NCBI GenBank assembly: GCA_963806535.1
Contig: CAWDYC010000006.1
Span: 32,001-96,000 of the forward strand
DNA length: 64,000 nucleotides
Source: Candidatus Bathyarchaeota archaeon
Lineage (GTDB): Archaea > Thermoproteota > Bathyarchaeia > Bathyarchaeales > Bathycorpusculaceae
Direction: 5' to 3'
Under the pieces are notes generated by a model. The model was not told the origin of the DNA and searched no databases. It saw only the letters and a program-made list of their open reading frames with translations. Below are positions 61,683 to 64,000 of this stretch, piece after piece. Every line of letters starts with the position of its first letter. Position 1 is the first letter of the stretch. The translations under genes were made by a program, and so were the position numbers.

Positions 61683-61943
61683 GTGACTAAGATGCCTAGG
61701 AAAAATGTTGGTTCTAAAGGTCAAGTCGTGATTCCTAAACTGATGAGAGATAGATTGGGGTTGAAGCCAGGTGTCGAGGTAATTCTTGAAATGCGTGAAC
61801 AAGAAATAATAATAAAAAAACCCCAAGTTAGAGGTAGCTATACTGAATACTTCATAACTACTTCCTCTCCAAAAATAAAGAAGCCAATAGATATTAAGAA
61901 ATTAATAACTCAAGAAGTCGAAGAAAGACATGCATTACATTGA
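61683..61943 (+). CDS. AbrB/MazE-fold antitoxin
   Basis: VGSKGQVVIPK..RDRLGLKPG. Confidence 0.88.
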   Translation: MTKMPRKNVGSKGQVVIPKLMRDRLGLKPGVEVILEMREQEIIIKKPQVRGSYTEYFITTSSPKIKKPIDIKKLITQEVEERHALH

Positions 61944-62346
61944 TTCAAACGTTTTCATTTATCCAGTATTATACGCAGTGGAAGCAGAGCCGAAAGCAAA
62001 GAAAGCTAAACAAATTTTGATCAACATTGAAAAAGGAGAATTGACTGCGTATACTTCAACGTTGACGTGGGATGAGGTTGTTTGGGTTATCAGTAAGACA
62101 CTTGGAAGGGAAGAAGGGATAAGTCAGGGTCAGAAACTGCTTGGTTTTCCAAATTTGGGATTCATTGCTGCTGACGCGAATATCATTGGTCAAGCCCAAG
62201 CCCTAATGGACAAATATAGTCTGAGTCCACGTGATTCCATCCATGTTGCTTCGGCAATTCAAAGAAAGATCAAAACGATCATTAGCGACGATAAAGATAT
62301 TGATCAAGTTAGGGAAATTGAGCGGTCTCCTCTTGGTAAAACTTAA
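61930..62346 (+). CDS. vapC: VapC PIN-domain toxin
   Basis: YIDSNVF, E, RDSIH and SDDKD motifs. Confidence 0.9.
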   Translation: MHYIDSNVFIYPVLYAVEAEPKAKKAKQILINIEKGELTAYTSTLTWDEVVWVISKTLGREEGISQGQKLLGFPNLGFIAADANIIGQAQALMDKYSLSPRDSIHVASAIQRKIKTIISDDKDIDQVREIERSPLGKT

Positions 62347-62406
62347 AGCTTGAATGAATGGACAAATATTTGCGGTTGGCTATTCATCAACCTGTCTTTT
62401 TTCCTG

Positions 62407-62444
62407 GACTTTTTCCGACTTTTTTAGACTTTATTCGACTCAAC
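62407..62444 (+). repeat. 10-bp-phased GACT array, copy 1
   Basis: GACT at 62407, 62417, 62427 and 62437; 38 nt identical to 63320-63357. Confidence 0.85.
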
Positions 62445-62619
62445 TTGCAGAGAAATCAGACTCTAAATTGAAAAAGCAACTTAATGCACAAAGAACAAAA
62501 CATAGCATAACATTTTGTTTCCCTCCCTGAGTGCAGTTTTAGTGAGACTTTCAGAAGATTTTTCAATAATTTTAGCATCACAATAATTTTATATACGCTA
62601 TTTACCATACAATATTTGT

Positions 62620-62844
62620 ATGTCAGAAATACTTACAGTAAGAGTTGACAAAACTCTTAAAGGGAAGATAAAAAAATACAAACTAAGCGTTAGCAAAATC
62701 ACACGACAAGCACTAGAAGAAGAAATTAAGAAACGCGAAAAACAAGAACTAACGGATGCGATTGTTGAAATGAAGACGCTGCTTGAAAAGATTCCCGACG
62801 AAGAAATAATAAAAGCTATAAGAGAATCAAGAGACCAACGATGA
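62620..62844 (+). CDS. Ribbon-helix-helix (CcdA/VapB3-like) antitoxin
   Basis: LTVRVDK.LK...VS...RQALEEE; overlaps the toxin start (ATGA). Confidence 0.85.
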   Translation: MSEILTVRVDKTLKGKIKKYKLSVSKITRQALEEEIKKREKQELTDAIVEMKTLLEKIPDEEIIKAIRESRDQR

Positions 62845-63251
62845 AATACCTTCTAGACGCAAGCTCGCTTATGCTGTTAATCAAAAAAACCGAGGTCGAA
62901 TCAACAGTCAAAATTCTGCAAGAATCTTCTATTCTAAATCTTACATTTTACGAAGTAGGCAACGCACTTTGGAAAGAAAGCACCCTCTTAAAGTTCTTAA
63001 CGCCGCAAGAAGCCAAGAAACTAGGAGCCATGGGGCAGATTATTCTCGCAAAGATTGATAAGCTGTCAAGCGAGAGTGAAGATTTTCAGAAAATCCTGGA
63101 TATTGCACAAGATGAAATCCTATCTTTTTACGATTCAAGTTATGCATTTTTCGCAAAACAAAAGGGACTGACACTAGTTACTGAAGACAAGAAACTTGAG
63201 TTGAAAGCCAAAAAATACGTCACAGTTCAAAAGCTTGTAACATTGTTTTAA
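62841..63251 (+). CDS. vapC: VapC PIN-domain toxin
   Basis: YLLDAS, YEVGNALWK, SFYDSSY and LVTED motifs. Confidence 0.9.
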   Translation: MKYLLDASSLMLLIKKTEVESTVKILQESSILNLTFYEVGNALWKESTLLKFLTPQEAKKLGAMGQIILAKIDKLSSESEDFQKILDIAQDEILSFYDSSYAFFAKQKGLTLVTEDKKLELKAKKYVTVQKLVTLF

Positions 63252-63309
63252 AGTGAAGATAATCTTTTTCTAATGATCGACTAATCAAAAATAGTCAGAG
63301 TCTTTTTTG

Positions 63310-63357
63310 GACTTATTTAGACTTTTTCCGACTTTTTTAGACTTTATTCGACTCAAC
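63310..63357 (+). repeat. 10-bp-phased GACT array, copy 2
   Basis: GACT at 63310, 63320, 63330, 63340 and 63350. Confidence 0.85.
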
Positions 63358-63444
63358 CTGAAAGGATTTAAGTTTGTTGCCACAGGAATTTTTCTGACAA
63401 ATTATATATCGATTTAAAGCAGTGTAATATTCAAGGCGATTTGT

Positions 63445-63671
63445 TTGGAAGAAATTGCGGATAGGATAGTTATTGATCCCGATGTTATGGTGGGGAAGCC
63501 TGTCATTAAGGAACTCGAATTCCAGTTTACCTTATTGTTGAATTCATGGCAAATGGCATGACAGAAAATGAGGTCTTAGAGGAGTATCCACAATTATGTA
63601 AAGACGACATCAAAGCTGCGCTTCTTTACGCTTCGAAATGCTTAGAACGCGAAGTCACTGTCACGCTTTAA
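63445..63671 (+). CDS. DUF433 antitoxin (one indel; absent from ORF track)
   Basis: RIVIDPDVMVGKPVIK-(shift)-TRIPVYLIVEFMANG...YPQL..DDIKAAL.Y. Confidence 0.85.
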
Positions 63672-63681
63672 GGTAAAGCTT

Positions 63682-63738
63682 TTGACAAATATTCTGATAG
63701 ACGAAAATGTGCCAGGCGATTTTTTTGCTTTTGAATAA
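63682..63738 (+). pseudogene. Truncated DUF5615 PIN-like toxin remnant
   Basis: ILIDENVP N-terminal motif, then a stop after 18 aa. Confidence 0.6.
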
Positions 63739-63777
63739 TAAAATCCTTATAAGATAATGAGGACTATTTTAATGATT

Positions 63778-64000
63778 ATGTGTGAGAAGATTCCTCTTCC
63801 AATTCTGATAACAAAAGAGGGAAAATGGTTTGTTGCTTCCTGTCCCACCTTGGACATTGCTACCCAAGGAAAAACAGAAAAAGAAGTAAAAGAAAACATG
63901 GCTGAACTCATAGATGAATACTTAAGTGACCCAGATACTGCAAAGCCTTCTTTGGATGATTTAATGTCTTTTTCAATAACGAACATTCCCGTCAAGGTTC
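63778..64000 (+). CDS. hicB: HicB-family antitoxin (3'-truncated by window edge)
   Basis: EGKWFVASCPTLDIATQGKTEKEVKENMAELI. Confidence 0.8.
   Translation, partial: MCEKIPLPILITKEGKWFVASCPTLDIATQGKTEKEVKENMAELIDEYLSDPDTAKPSLDDLMSFSITNIPVKV

Overview
Archaeal chromosomal segment, most consistent with Bathyarchaeia. This is inferred from methanofuran genes mfnF/mfnE, rpL38e, a Cren7-like protein, Tsr3, Hjc, archaeal tRNAs and TATA-type promoters. At least a dozen genes are split by single-base indels, which points to long-read consensus error rather than real pseudogenes. Layout: (1) 1-23 kb housekeeping and cofactor/purine salvage genes, with a ~2.9 kb ORF-free stretch and two unannotated dispersed repeat families (an 18-28 bp GTTGATGCTTTTGTATAC motif and a 60-110 bp hairpin element). 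(2) 23.6-35.8 kb a duplicated MacB-type permease/ATPase/HtrA module around a BlaI/BlaR-like pair with readable TACTAY-N5-ATAGTA operators, plus a second wHTH regulator with phased promoter repeats. (3) 36-47 kb glycosylation genes, partly in an apparent island behind tRNA-Val(GAC). (4) 47-54.7 kb secreted protein, glucan phosphorylase and PAS-only protein. (5) 54.8-64 kb a mobile region: tyrosine integrase, HEPN-containing cargo, HUH Rep, an IS5-like element and a dense co-oriented toxin-antitoxin array punctuated by 10-bp-phased GACT repeats. All calls come from reading motifs by eye; no database searches were run.
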